From: Devosia sp.
GTDB lineage: Bacteria; Pseudomonadota; Alphaproteobacteria; Rhizobiales; Devosiaceae
Direction of reading: 5' to 3'
NCBI GenBank assembly: GCA_049647065.1
Contig: JBARWY010000108.1
Span: forward strand, 495 to 64,494
Length of the DNA: 64,000 nt
The notes under the pieces were generated by a model. It saw nothing but the letters and a program-made list of their open reading frames with translations. It was not told the DNA's origin and ran no database searches. This document shows positions 49,220 to 59,280 of this stretch, piece by piece. Positions within the stretch are counted from its first letter, which is position 1; each line of letters begins with the position of its first letter. The position numbers and the translations under genes were made by a program.

Positions 49220-49729
49220 CTAGCTGCGCTTGTGACGGCGGGCCTGCGCCCAGATCGAAATCCCCAGCAGGGCCACGATGGCGACCGAGACGAGGGCATT
49301 GTAGCCGGCCAGCGAAATGCCGAGGAAGCGGAACTGCACCACGTCGCAACCGATGACCGGGGTCAGGTTGCTGAGGGCGTCGAAATCCATGCTCTCGCCG
49401 ACGCCGGTGCAGGCGGTCGGGCCCGGCCAGAAGCCCCACTCGACCCCGGCATGGTAGAAGCCCATATAGGCGCCCCAGACGAAGATGGCTGTCGCAATGG
49501 CCATGGCGATGTACCAGACGCCCAGCGGCAGCCGGTTCCAGGTGACCAGAACGGCCAGCAGGATCGGCAGGCCATAATAGTAGGCCAGACGCTGTTCGAG
49601 GCAGAGTTCGCAGGGTACGAGGCCGCCGATAAACTGGGAGCCGAGGGCGCCAAGGATGGCTGCCAGCCCGAGGACAAAGGCGAGTCCGGCCGATTTCTTG
49701 TCGAGCGGGTGGAAGATCGATGCGGCCAT
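49220..49729 (-). CDS. dsbB: disulfide bond formation protein B family
   Basis: PCELCLEQR, YHAGVEWGFWPGP..C, second Cys pair. Confidence 0.88.
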   Translation of the reverse strand: MAASIFHPLDKKSAGLAFVLGLAAILGALGSQFIGGLVPCELCLEQRLAYYYGLPILLAVLVTWNRLPLGVWYIAMAIATAIFVWGAYMGFYHAGVEWGFWPGPTACTGVGESMDFDALSNLTPVIGCDVVQFRFLGISLAGYNALVSVAIVALLGISIWAQARRHKRS

Positions 49730-49813
49730 GCTGGGGGACTTTCGGTGACGCTGAAATTGGAGCGCTGGATAGACCGCCATCATGGCCAATTCCAGCCGGG
49801 AACAGGCTTGTGA

Positions 49814-50638
49814 TCAATCACCAGGCAGGCTGATGCCGGCCGCCTGGCGCAGGGCGATGGCATTGGCGGGGGCGTGCAATTTGTCCTCGTGGACGAAGTA
49901 GGCAAACACGTCCTTGCCCGACGCGGCCCAGCCCTTGGTGGTCGCGGCCCAGTCGGCAATGTCGCCCGGCTTGTAGCCGTCGCCGCGCAAAGGACCCTGC
50001 AGGCGGCAATAGGCGAAGTCGGCCGTCAGTTCGCGGGAAGGATTCTCGGCCGTATCGGCGATGACGCGGGCGACGTTATGCTCGGCCAGCAGCGCATTGA
50101 CCTCGGGCAGATCGAAGCTGGCATTGCGCATTTCGATCGCGTGCCTGACAGGGCCGACACCGTCGGTGGCGAGGAATGGGATGGATTTCAGCCGCTCGTC
50201 GGCCTTTCCGGCGAGGGCGACGTAGTCGCCGGTATTTTGCGGCAACAGCTTGAGGAAGGCGCTCAGCACATCCCTGTTGTAGCTGACATTGGGCGGCAGC
50301 TGCCACACGAAGGGTCCGAGTTTGGCGCCTAAAGCCAGGGGGCCCGAGGCGAAGAAGTTGGCCAGTTCCTGTTCGCAGTTCTTGAGCCGCTTGATGTGGG
50401 TGACCAGTTGCGGGCCCTTGATGGAGAAGACGAAGCCGTCCCGCGCCTCTCCTGCCCATTTGACGAAGCTTTCAGGCTTTTGGTTGGCGCGGAAGGTAGC
50501 GTTGATCTCAATGCTGCCAAGGCGCGAGCTGGCATAGGCCAGCTCCTTCTTCTGCACGAGGCCATCGGGAAAGAAGGTGCCGCGCCAGGGTTCGAACACC
50601 CAGCCGGCCGTTCCAGTCCGTATCGCGCCAGTCGTCAT
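49814..50638 (-). CDS. DUF72 (YecE-like) protein
   Basis: GTAGW, EINATF, QLPP, RHAIEMR, YCRLQG. Confidence 0.9.
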   Translation of the reverse strand: MTTGAIRTGTAGWVFEPWRGTFFPDGLVQKKELAYASSRLGSIEINATFRANQKPESFVKWAGEARDGFVFSIKGPQLVTHIKRLKNCEQELANFFASGPLALGAKLGPFVWQLPPNVSYNRDVLSAFLKLLPQNTGDYVALAGKADERLKSIPFLATDGVGPVRHAIEMRNASFDLPEVNALLAEHNVARVIADTAENPSRELTADFAYCRLQGPLRGDGYKPGDIADWAATTKGWAASGKDVFAYFVHEDKLHAPANAIALRQAAGISLPGD

Positions 50639-50721
50639 GCCAAATCGTCCTCTTTGCTACGGGCAAGCTAACGCAAACTGTTCGGGCTCGCACCGAAATA
50701 TGCGGGGGACGGCTGAGGCCT

Positions 50722-51387
50722 CTATCGCTGGCTCGGATGCAGGAACGCGGCAAGGAAGGTGGCGATACCTGCCGCGACATGCCGCTTGATTTCGGCCTGA
50801 GTCGGAATGGCCTCGTTGCCCAACATCATGACGCGGTTGACCGGATCACCCATCAGCAGCCAGTTGAGCTGTTGCGCCGCCATGGCTGTATTGTCGATGG
50901 CCAGCAACTGCCTTTCCACCAGTGGTTCGAAGGCTGCCGCCATGACCTCTAGCGCCCTTCCGGCGCCGCCGGCATAGAGCCTGCGGGCCAGATCAGGGAA
51001 GCGCTCAGCCTCCGCGATGACCAGCCGCCGCAGCTGCATCAGGCCGGGCGTCAGCGCCACGCTCAGCAGGCGCACGCCATAGTCGAGCAGGTAGGCTTCG
51101 AGCTCCTTGCCGTTGCGTACCTGGGGCAGGCCCTGATGCACGTTACTCGCCGCCTCGCCCATCATCTCGCTGATGACAGCAGTGAACAGCGCTTCCTTGC
51201 TGGTGAAATGTTTGTAGACAGTTTGCTTGGAAACGCCGGAGCGCGCAGCGATCTCGTCCATGCTGGCGCCGGCATAACCGGTCGAAAGAAACACCTCCGC
51301 CGACGCGGCGACAATGGCTGCCTGCTTCCGCTCCGTACGCGTGCCGGGGGCATAGGTCGGCCCAGGTCCAGGGGGCGGTGTCGACAT
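50722..51387 (-). CDS. TetR/AcrR family regulator
   Basis: SMDEIAARSGVSKQTVYKHFTSKEALF, RRLVIAEAERFP. Confidence 0.93.
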   Translation of the reverse strand: MSTPPPGPGPTYAPGTRTERKQAAIVAASAEVFLSTGYAGASMDEIAARSGVSKQTVYKHFTSKEALFTAVISEMMGEAASNVHQGLPQVRNGKELEAYLLDYGVRLLSVALTPGLMQLRRLVIAEAERFPDLARRLYAGGAGRALEVMAAAFEPLVERQLLAIDNTAMAAQQLNWLLMGDPVNRVMMLGNEAIPTQAEIKRHVAAGIATFLAAFLHPSQR

Positions 51388-51413
51388 TTTTCGAACTCCT
51401 TCACCAGGACTGC

Positions 51414-51469
51414 TTGACACAATCAAACTAAACAGTCTAGTTCTTGAAACGGAACTGAACGGTCTAGTT
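51414..51469. promoter_or_regulatory. TTGACA -35 element and two 17-bp palindromic TetR operator candidates
   Basis: AACTAAACAGTCTAGTT (51426-51442) and AACTGAACGGTCTAGTT (51453-51469). Confidence 0.75.
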
Positions 51470-51490
51470 TGATTTTGAGGAGCAAGGAAG

Positions 51491-51868
51491 ATGCATATCC
51501 AGTTCGCCGAAATGCCGGTCTTCGATCAGGATCGGGCCAAGCAGTTTTACGTCGAGACGTTCGGATGCAGTGTCGTCGCAGACAGCCCGATGGGCGCTCA
51601 CGGCTGGCGCTGGATCGAGTTGGGCCTGCCCGGCGCACAGACAAACCTCCACTTCATCCGCCGGGACAATGATGCTGCATCGGACGAGCCGGTGCTGGTG
51701 CTCGTGGTCGACGATGTCATCGAGACAGTTGCCGGACTCAAACGCCGCGGCGTTGCCATCGTCACTGAGCCACAGGAGCCCGCCTGGGACCCGGGCAAGA
51801 TCGTCGCCGAGTTCCGTGACAGTGAGGGCAACCGCATGATTCTCTCGAGTGCCAGGGGAGCGCTATGA
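51491..51868 (+). CDS. VOC/glyoxalase family protein
   Basis: V.DQDRAKQFY, V.DV, RGV, FRDSEGN. Confidence 0.9.
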   Translation: MHIQFAEMPVFDQDRAKQFYVETFGCSVVADSPMGAHGWRWIELGLPGAQTNLHFIRRDNDAASDEPVLVLVVDDVIETVAGLKRRGVAIVTEPQEPAWDPGKIVAEFRDSEGNRMILSSARGAL

Positions 51869-52815
51869 GCAGTCCCATCCGCCTCGTTGCCGCGACGGCT
51901 CTACTGTCGCTGCTGACCGCGATGCCTGCCATCGCCCAGAACAATGCCACAAAACCAGGAGTGATCCAGATGACCAATACCACCCAGCCCGCCACGCTCA
52001 AGGTGCCTGGCGCCACACTTTATTACGAAACCCTGGGCAGCGGCCCGACGCTGCTCATAATTCCCGGCGGGCCGCAGGATGCCGGCGTGTTCGCACCGCT
52101 TGCCGCCCGGCTCGCGAGCGGCTTCACGGTCGTGTCCTATGATCCGCGCGGCAATTCGCGCAGTACGTTCGATGGCGCAGTGACGCCGCTCGATGTCGAC
52201 CAGCAGGCTGACGATGCGGCGGCCCTCATCGCCCATGTCGGCGGCCCGGCCTATGTGTTCGGCACAAGCGGGGGCGCGCAGATCGGCCTCAACCTTGCCG
52301 CGCGCCATCCACAACTGGTTACCGCTCTGGTGGCGCATGAGCCGCCGTCGATGATGCTGATGGAGAATCCTGAGCCCATGCTGGCAGCAGACCGGGCCCT
52401 GTACGAAACCTACGAGACGCAGGGCATCGACGCCGCCATGGCGCAGTTCTTCGCTGAAGCCGGGCTCGATGGTGGCGACGCGCCCGAAGGCGAGACGGCT
52501 GATTTCGATCCAGCCAATATGCCGCCCGAGGCGGCCGAGACCTTCATGCGGGTCAGCGGTAATTTCGAATACTGGCTGGGTCAGGGCATGCTGCCGCTTT
52601 CGACCTACAGGCCCGATGTCGCAACGCTCAGGAGGGGGGTGCCCAAGGTGATCGTTGCCATTGGCGAGCTGTCGGCGGGGCAGCCGATCCATGCTATGAG
52701 CATGGCTCTTGCCACTGCATTGGGCGTGGCGCCGGTCAGCGTGCCCGGGGATCACATGGGCTTTGAAACCCAGCCCGCCGCGTTCGCCCAGAGCCTGGAA
52801 GCGTCATTCAAATGA
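51865..52815 (+). CDS. alpha/beta hydrolase, two possible in-frame starts (51865 with signal peptide, 51970 without)
   Basis: YDPRGNSRS, GTSGG nucleophile, HEPP, PGDH. Confidence 0.9.
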   Translation: MSSPIRLVAATALLSLLTAMPAIAQNNATKPGVIQMTNTTQPATLKVPGATLYYETLGSGPTLLIIPGGPQDAGVFAPLAARLASGFTVVSYDPRGNSRSTFDGAVTPLDVDQQADDAAALIAHVGGPAYVFGTSGGAQIGLNLAARHPQLVTALVAHEPPSMMLMENPEPMLAADRALYETYETQGIDAAMAQFFAEAGLDGGDAPEGETADFDPANMPPEAAETFMRVSGNFEYWLGQGMLPLSTYRPDVATLRRGVPKVIVAIGELSAGQPIHAMSMALATALGVAPVSVPGDHMGFETQPAAFAQSLEASFK

Positions 52816-54026
52816 GCCCGATCCGCCAGCCCCTAGGCCTGTCGCAACGAACTGCCCTGCTGCTTGCGGCAAGCAGTGCCATTGCCGGGTCGGTCGGTCC
52901 GATCGCCATCGGGTCGGGCGGGCTGGCGGGCGCATCGGTGTTGCCGGCCGATGCCCTAAGCCTGTCCACCCTGCCGGTCACGACCTTCGTGATCGGCTCG
53001 GCCATGACCGCCATCCCCGCAGCCCTGCTGATGCGCCGGGTCGGGCGCCGTGCCGGCTTCATTGTCGGGGCGCTGCTTGGCGCCCTCGGTGCGGGGCTCG
53101 CCAGCTTGGCCCTCAGCCTCGGTTCGTTCTGGTTCTTCGCTTTCGGCATGGCGGTGCTTGGCGGGGCGGCGGCCTTCCTGCAGCAATATCGCTTTGCCGC
53201 GGCCGATGCGTCCGAGCCGGCCTTCAAGGACAAAGCCATTGCCTGGGTCATGGCTGCGGGCATGGTCTCCGGCATTGTCGGGCCACAGCTTGCCATTCAT
53301 GCAAGGGTGCTGTCACCGGATACGCCCTATGCCGGGCCGTTCTTCGTGCTGGCGCTGCTGTTCCTTGCCGCCATTCCGATGCTGGCCATGCTGCGCGTCC
53401 CCAAGGTGAAACTACCGCCCAAGGGGCAGCCCAGCGGGCGGCCGCTCAGCGTCATTGCCAGCCAGCCGCGGTTTCTGCTGGCCATGCTGATCTCGATCTT
53501 CGCCTATGCGATGATGAGCCTTGTGATGACGGCGGCGCCGCTCGCCATGGTGCAGCTCTGCGGCCATTCAGTCGCTGATGCCCAGATGGGCATGATCTTC
53601 CATGTGCTGGCAATGTTCGGGCCGAGCTTCTTCACCGGCAACCTGATCAGCCGCTTTGGCCGCTCGGCCATTGCCGCCGCCGGTTTCGTGCTGATCGCTG
53701 CTGCAGCAGGTGTTTCGCTTACCGGCACCAGTGTTGGTCAGTTCTGGCTGATGCTCACACTACTGGGGCTTGGCTGGAATTTCGGCTTTATCGCCGGGAC
53801 GGCCATGATCACCGATCTTTATCGTCCGGAGGAGGCGGCCAAGGCGCAGGCATTCAGCGAATTCGTGCTGTTCACGGTCATCGCGCTCGTCACCTTCGCC
53901 TCGGGCGGGCTCATTGCCGCGGTCGGCTGGACGGCCATCAACCTGATCGTGTTTCCGTTCGTCGTGCTCGGCATCGCGCTGATCGCGGTGGAGGAACTGG
54001 CGGAGAGGCGCAGGGCCGCGGCCTGA
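52812..54026 (+). CDS. MFS transporter (RfnT-like)
   Basis: About 12 TMs, MRRVGRR, QQYRFAAAD, HVLAMFGPSFFTG, GWNFGF. Confidence 0.88.
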   Translation: MSPIRQPLGLSQRTALLLAASSAIAGSVGPIAIGSGGLAGASVLPADALSLSTLPVTTFVIGSAMTAIPAALLMRRVGRRAGFIVGALLGALGAGLASLALSLGSFWFFAFGMAVLGGAAAFLQQYRFAAADASEPAFKDKAIAWVMAAGMVSGIVGPQLAIHARVLSPDTPYAGPFFVLALLFLAAIPMLAMLRVPKVKLPPKGQPSGRPLSVIASQPRFLLAMLISIFAYAMMSLVMTAAPLAMVQLCGHSVADAQMGMIFHVLAMFGPSFFTGNLISRFGRSAIAAAGFVLIAAAAGVSLTGTSVGQFWLMLTLLGLGWNFGFIAGTAMITDLYRPEEAAKAQAFSEFVLFTVIALVTFASGGLIAAVGWTAINLIVFPFVVLGIALIAVEELAERRRAAA

Positions 54027-54047
54027 GGCCCAGCCCTGCAGGAGGTG

Positions 54048-54719
54048 CTAGAACTTGTAGTTGAGGCCGGCGCGCACAACGCTGAAGCGCTGCCCGACGT
54101 CGATATTGCCGACCGGACCCGGCAGGCCGTTATAAGTCTGGGTGCCCAGATCGACGTAGAGATATTCGGCCTTGATCGAGATGTTGGACGTCGCCTGCGC
54201 CTCGAGACCGACGCCGGCGGTCCAGCCCATGTGGGTGGCCGATTGCGAAGTGACTACGCCATTGTCGAGGCTGGCCGAGCCGCGGCCGGCAGCGAGGCCG
54301 GCGGTTACGTAGGGCATGACCTGGCCGAAGGCCATGCCGGCGCGGCCGCGCAAGGTGCCGTAGAAGTCGATGCCCGTTTTGAACGTGCCGGCAGGAATGG
54401 CCTCGGAATAGCCGATATTGGACCATTGCAGGTCGCCTTCGGCACCGAGGATGAAGCCACCCATATCCATGTTGTAGCCAGCCTGGCCGCCCAGATTCCA
54501 GCCGCCAGTGCTGTTGGACGCCTGCGCGCCGGGCGCAGGCGACACGGTGGCGCTGCCGAAGCCGTAGCCGCCGCTGACACCGGCGTAGAAGCCGGACCAG
54601 CCGGTTGCGGGCGTGGGCGAATAGATCGGGCTGGCGCCGCTGTTCCAGCCGAGATCGGCGGCGTGGGTAGCAGTGGTCAGCGAAAGGATCGCGGCAAGCA
54701 TGATGCCAAGGCGCTTCAT
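54048..54719 (-). CDS. Omp25/RopB-family outer membrane beta-barrel protein
   Basis: Signal peptide + AADL, WSGFYAG, GWTAGVGLE, KAEYLY.DLG, GLNYKF. Confidence 0.9.
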   Translation of the reverse strand: MKRLGIMLAAILSLTTATHAADLGWNSGASPIYSPTPATGWSGFYAGVSGGYGFGSATVSPAPGAQASNSTGGWNLGGQAGYNMDMGGFILGAEGDLQWSNIGYSEAIPAGTFKTGIDFYGTLRGRAGMAFGQVMPYVTAGLAAGRGSASLDNGVVTSQSATHMGWTAGVGLEAQATSNISIKAEYLYVDLGTQTYNGLPGPVGNIDVGQRFSVVRAGLNYKF

Positions 54720-54870
54720 GGATGTCCTCGTTCTGGAAAGGGTAATTACTGTCCGCAAAATGCGACGGAACAAATTAATACCCCGGTAAGGAACAAGGTT
54801 AACGCCATGCGGTAGCGTGATAGCTCGGCCCGACACTTGCTCCGGGCGCATGGAACTGGCCTGCGACCGC

Positions 54871-56064
54871 CTAGAAGGTGGGGCGAGGACGGGGGAAGGG
54901 CACGGCGCCGGGCGTTGCCGTGGGCAGGCCGGGACGCAGGTCGCCGGCGAGCGATGCTTCGGTGGTGGGTGCTGTGAAGACCGGCAGGTGCGCGGGGCGC
55001 GGGCGGGGCAAGGCGACGCCAACGGCGATGCGGCCAAGGTCGGTGGCCACATAGGACGAGGGCAGCACGGTATCGGTCAGGAAGCTGGGCTGACCCTTGA
55101 GCCCCATGGGGAATGCCGCTTCCTGGGTTGCGACATAGGCCTTGGCATCCTTGCCGCAGATCAGCGGGCGCATGTCGACCGGCTGTGCACCGGGATTGTT
55201 GCCCAGGGTGAGCACCGTTTGTCCCGTCGGCGGGACGGAGCCGGACAGCCCCCGCAGGACGAGTTCGGCGGCGCGCTCGTTGCGGTCACGCGCCGACGAG
55301 CCACCAAGGATCACCGCTAGCAGCCGCTTGCCGTTGCGGTCTACGGTGGCCACCATGTTGAGTCCGGAGGCGCAGATGAAGCCGGTCTTCATGCCGGTGG
55401 TACCGGCAAAGGTCTCCAGGAGCTTGTTTTCCGATTCCAGCGCCTTGCCGTTTAGCATGACCGTGCCGGTGCCGAAGATGGGCATGTATTGCGGAAAGCT
55501 CTGGCGGATATAGAGCGAGAGGACCGCGAGGTCGCGGGCCGAGGTCACCTGAGCGGGATCGTGCAGCCCGTTGGGATTGGTGTAATGCGTCGCCGTGAGG
55601 CCCATGCGCCCGGCGGCGTCATTCATCAGGGCCACATAGCTCGCTTCGTCGCTGGACAGGGTCTCGGCAATGGCCATGGCAATGTCATTGGCCGACTTCA
55701 CCAGCATGAGATAGAGCGCGTCCTTGAGGGTGACGGCGCTGCCGACAGGCAGACCGGACTTGGACGGCGCCTGGTTGAATGCCTTTTTCGAAATGACCAC
55801 GGGCGTGTCGAGCGTCACCTTGCCCAGCGCGATCTGTTCGAAGGCCACATAGGCGGTCATCAGCTTGGTGAGCGATGCCGGATGCCAGGGCTGGCCGGCC
55901 TCCTGGGCATAGAGCACGTCGAAACTGTCCATATCCACCAGCAGCATCGGATTGGCGCGGGCGGGCGCAAGACTGAGCAGCGCCAGCATGAGGACGAGGA
56001 CGAAACGGCGGGCAAACAGCACGGGTAAACGGCTCCGGAACGGCAGGAAATTCGGCATCCTCAT
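54871..56064 (-). CDS. D-alanyl-D-alanine carboxypeptidase (peptidase S11), start uncertain
   Basis: PASLTK, SAND, NPNGL, MKTGF. Confidence 0.92.
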   Translation of the reverse strand: MRMPNFLPFRSRLPVLFARRFVLVLMLALLSLAPARANPMLLVDMDSFDVLYAQEAGQPWHPASLTKLMTAYVAFEQIALGKVTLDTPVVISKKAFNQAPSKSGLPVGSAVTLKDALYLMLVKSANDIAMAIAETLSSDEASYVALMNDAAGRMGLTATHYTNPNGLHDPAQVTSARDLAVLSLYIRQSFPQYMPIFGTGTVMLNGKALESENKLLETFAGTTGMKTGFICASGLNMVATVDRNGKRLLAVILGGSSARDRNERAAELVLRGLSGSVPPTGQTVLTLGNNPGAQPVDMRPLICGKDAKAYVATQEAAFPMGLKGQPSFLTDTVLPSSYVATDLGRIAVGVALPRPRPAHLPVFTAPTTEASLAGDLRPGLPTATPGAVPFPRPRPTF

Positions 56065-56126
56065 AGCAGCGCAGGCGTTTCACCTCAATGCGACCAGGCG
56101 CCCAGTGACAGGCAATTGAACGCTGC

Positions 56127-56141
56127 TGACACAATCTGTCG
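56127..56141 (+). promoter_or_regulatory. candidate operator TGAC-N6-TGTC
   Basis: TGACACAATCTGTCG upstream of the DJ-1 gene. Similar site at 61059. Confidence 0.45.
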
Positions 56142-56184
56142 CCCGGTTGCATCAGTTATGGCGTCAACAAAGAGGAGACACCAG

Positions 56185-56754
56185 ATGACCACCATCGTCA
56201 CCATCCTGACCGAAGGCTATGCCGATTGGGAAACCGCGCTGCTCAATGCCGTGGCGCGCGGCTACTACAATGTCGAAACGCATTTCGCGACGCCCGGTGG
56301 CAAGCCGGTGACATCCTCGGGCGGGCTCAAGGTGACGCCTGACATGGCGGTGGAAAATATTGACGTCGGGGCAATCGACGCTTTGGTGGTCAATGGCGGC
56401 ACTGTATGGACCCAGCCGGATGCGCCCGATCTCGGTGCGTTGCTAAGGGCGGCGCGCGACGCCGGCAAGACCGTGGCCGGCATCTGCGACGCGACCCTGG
56501 CGCTGGCAAGGTCGGGGGTGCTGGACACGGTGGAGCACACATCCAACTCGAGCGAAAACCTGCCGCCCACGGGCTACAAAGGCGCGGCGCTCTATCGTGA
56601 CCAGCCCAATGCGGTCGTCGCCGATTGGATCGTTACGGCCCCCGCCACCGCGCCGGTCAGCTTCATGGCCGGCGTGCTGGAAACATTGGGACTTCGCGAT
56701 GACAACCTCGATTATTACCTCGGCATGCACGCCGCCGAGCACAGGGCGGCTTGA
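56185..56754 (+). CDS. DJ-1/PfpI family protein
   Basis: YADWE, SSGGLKV.PD, GICDAT, HTSN. GAGGAG RBS. Confidence 0.9.
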   Translation: MTTIVTILTEGYADWETALLNAVARGYYNVETHFATPGGKPVTSSGGLKVTPDMAVENIDVGAIDALVVNGGTVWTQPDAPDLGALLRAARDAGKTVAGICDATLALARSGVLDTVEHTSNSSENLPPTGYKGAALYRDQPNAVVADWIVTAPATAPVSFMAGVLETLGLRDDNLDYYLGMHAAEHRAA

Positions 56755-56762
56755 GGCTCTTT

Positions 56763-56785
56763 ACCTCTCCCTCAGAGGTAGAGGT
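56763..56785. repeat. degenerate REP-like hairpin
   Basis: ACCTCTCCCTCAGAGGTAGAGGT between convergent genes. Confidence 0.5.
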
Positions 56786-56791
56786 GTGAAG

Positions 56792-59248
56792 CTACACCGG
56801 CAACATCAGCGTTGTCGTGCGGGTGACCGTGCCGGTCAGCGGCAAATCCGCCGACGACAGTCCGACGCGCAGGGTGAAGCTGCCGTCTTCGACCAGCCAG
56901 TGCCTGGCCTTGACGCGATAGTAGGCGAAGGCCCGGGCGTCGAGCGCCATGGTGACCTGGCGCTGTTCGCCGGCCTTGAGCTTGACCTTGCGAAAAGCCT
57001 TGAGCTCCTTGGCCGGGCGGGGATCGGATGACGCATCGTCCGACACATAGAGCTGCAGCACGGTCGCGCCGTCGCGATTCGAGGTGTTGGTGACGGTGAC
57101 GCCGACCATTACGTTGCCCCCGGCCTCGAATTCGGCGTCGTCGATTGTGAGGTCACCGACGGCAAAGCTTGAATAACCGAGGCCGAAGCCGAACGGAAAC
57201 AAAGGCGTCATGCCGAGCCGGTCATAGTGGCGGTAGCCGACGAAGATGCCTTCCTCGTAGCGCACCTTGCCCTCGTGGCCGGGATAGACCTCGCGGTCCT
57301 GGCTATGGGCGGGATTGTCTGCCCAGCGTACCGGGAAGGTCTGGGGCAGGCGGCCGGACGGTTCGGCGGCGCCGGTCAATATGTCGGCAATGGCATTGCC
57401 CGCCTCCTGCCCGGGATACCAGGCCTGGATAAGCGCAGCGATGGAGCCAATCCACGGCATTTCTACCGGACCGCCGGTCTGCATGACGACGATGGTGTTG
57501 GGATTGGCATTGGCGATGGCGGCGACGAGCTCGTTCTGCCGGCCGGGCAGTTCGATGGACGGCAGGTCGCTGCCTTCGGTGTCCCATTCGCCGTTACGGC
57601 CGATGAAGACGATGGCGGTATCAGCATTGCGGGCCAGACGGACGGCCTCGGCAATGGCATCATTGCCCAGCGGCTTGCCGATGCCGGCGGCGAAGGCGGC
57701 AAGGCCGAGCGTGGCGAAATCCTTGGTGGCGAACTCGATTACAACCTCATAGGCGCGGCCGGCCTCCATCTCGATGGTGCCGACCACTTCGTCGCTGCCT
57801 TCCTCGAAGAAGGTGCGGCCCTTAGTCCAGTGCGTCCAGTCGTCGGCGATCAGATTGCCGTCGACAAACACTTTGGCAAAGCCGGCAGCATAGATGCCGA
57901 CACGATGCTCGCCGCTCGTCTCGGGGGTGAAGCTGCCGGTGAGCCGCGCCGAGAAATGCAGGGGATCGACCTTGCCCTCGGCGATGCGACCGATCCAGAA
58001 GGCTTGCGCCTCGTCCTGGGTCGTCACGTGCGCCGGTTCGCCGCTCAGCTTTTCGTTGGCGAAGTACTCAACCTTGAATTCGCCGCGCAGCAGGGGTTCG
58101 AAGCGGTGGTTGGTGCAGCCGGGGGCGTAGCTCAGGCGATCTTCACCAAGGGTCGAAACCAGGCCCTGCCAGGGCGAGATGCGATAATGCGCGTTGAGCT
58201 GGGCGCTGCCGCCGCCCATGATCTGGGCGATCTTCGCATTGGGGCCGATGACGGCGATGCTGCCATCGGCCTTGAGCGGCAGCGCGCCATTGTTCTTGAG
58301 CAGCACGGCCGCTTCGGCGCCGGCGCGGCGGATCAGCGCGCGATGCTCGGGCCGATCATTGGCCTCTTCCGTGAACTCCCTGACATCGGTGAGCGAGCCG
58401 ACCCGTTCCATCAGTCGCAGCATGGCGATGACGCGCTGGCGCAAGGTGGCCTCGCTGACGGCTCCGGATTTCACCGCATCGATCAGTTGCTGGCCACGAT
58501 CGCGGGGCGGGCCGGGCATTTCGAGATCGAGCCCGGCATTGACGGTTCCCGCGGTGGAGTGCGAGCCGAACCAGTCCGACATGACGATGCCGTCATAGTC
58601 CCAGTCGCTCCGCAGCACATCTGACAACAGCCAGTTGTGCTCGGAGGTGAAGGTGCCGTTGAGCCTGTTGTAGGAGCTCATGACGCCCCAGGTATGGGCT
58701 TTCTTCACCGCCCATTCGAAGGGGAGGAGGTAGATCTCGCGCAGGCTCCGCTCGTCGATTTCGCTCGACATGGTGGTGCGCTCAATCTCGGATTCGTTGC
58801 CCACGAAATGCTTGACGGTGGCGCCGATACCCTGGCTTTGCAGGCCCACGATATAGGCGACGGCGAGTTCGCCCGACAGGATCGGATCTTCCGAATAGCA
58901 TTCGAAATTGCGTCCGTTGGTCACCGAGCGGTGGATGTTGACGGTGGGGGCCAGCAGCATATGCGCGCCCTTGGACTTGACCTCGTCCGCCAGCGCCGCG
59001 CCGATTTCCTTGACCAGATCGACGTTCCAGGTCGCACCCAGCGCGATGCCGACCGGAAAACTTGCCGATTTGACGCCACCGATCAGCGAGCCTCCGCCGC
59101 GGGCCCCATTGGGGCCGTCGGTGACGCGCAATTTGCCGATGCCCAGCCTGGGTACTGATGGAATGGACCAAAAATCCTCGCCGGAGAGGATGGAGACCTT
59201 CTCTTCCGTGGTCATCTGGTCGGCAAGCTGGGTGATGCGCTCTCTCAT
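56792..59248 (-). CDS. GH3 beta-glucosidase with PA14 insertion, cytoplasmic
   Basis: DGPNGARG, GRNFECYSEDP, KHF, MSDW, TEGSD, PSGRLP.TFP, Fn3-like tail. No signal peptide. Confidence 0.93.
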   Translation of the reverse strand: MRERITQLADQMTTEEKVSILSGEDFWSIPSVPRLGIGKLRVTDGPNGARGGGSLIGGVKSASFPVGIALGATWNVDLVKEIGAALADEVKSKGAHMLLAPTVNIHRSVTNGRNFECYSEDPILSGELAVAYIVGLQSQGIGATVKHFVGNESEIERTTMSSEIDERSLREIYLLPFEWAVKKAHTWGVMSSYNRLNGTFTSEHNWLLSDVLRSDWDYDGIVMSDWFGSHSTAGTVNAGLDLEMPGPPRDRGQQLIDAVKSGAVSEATLRQRVIAMLRLMERVGSLTDVREFTEEANDRPEHRALIRRAGAEAAVLLKNNGALPLKADGSIAVIGPNAKIAQIMGGGSAQLNAHYRISPWQGLVSTLGEDRLSYAPGCTNHRFEPLLRGEFKVEYFANEKLSGEPAHVTTQDEAQAFWIGRIAEGKVDPLHFSARLTGSFTPETSGEHRVGIYAAGFAKVFVDGNLIADDWTHWTKGRTFFEEGSDEVVGTIEMEAGRAYEVVIEFATKDFATLGLAAFAAGIGKPLGNDAIAEAVRLARNADTAIVFIGRNGEWDTEGSDLPSIELPGRQNELVAAIANANPNTIVVMQTGGPVEMPWIGSIAALIQAWYPGQEAGNAIADILTGAAEPSGRLPQTFPVRWADNPAHSQDREVYPGHEGKVRYEEGIFVGYRHYDRLGMTPLFPFGFGLGYSSFAVGDLTIDDAEFEAGGNVMVGVTVTNTSNRDGATVLQLYVSDDASSDPRPAKELKAFRKVKLKAGEQRQVTMALDARAFAYYRVKARHWLVEDGSFTLRVGLSSADLPLTGTVTRTTTLMLPV

Positions 59249-59280
59249 GGCGGCCTCCTGGGGCAGTCTTCTTATGGCGC

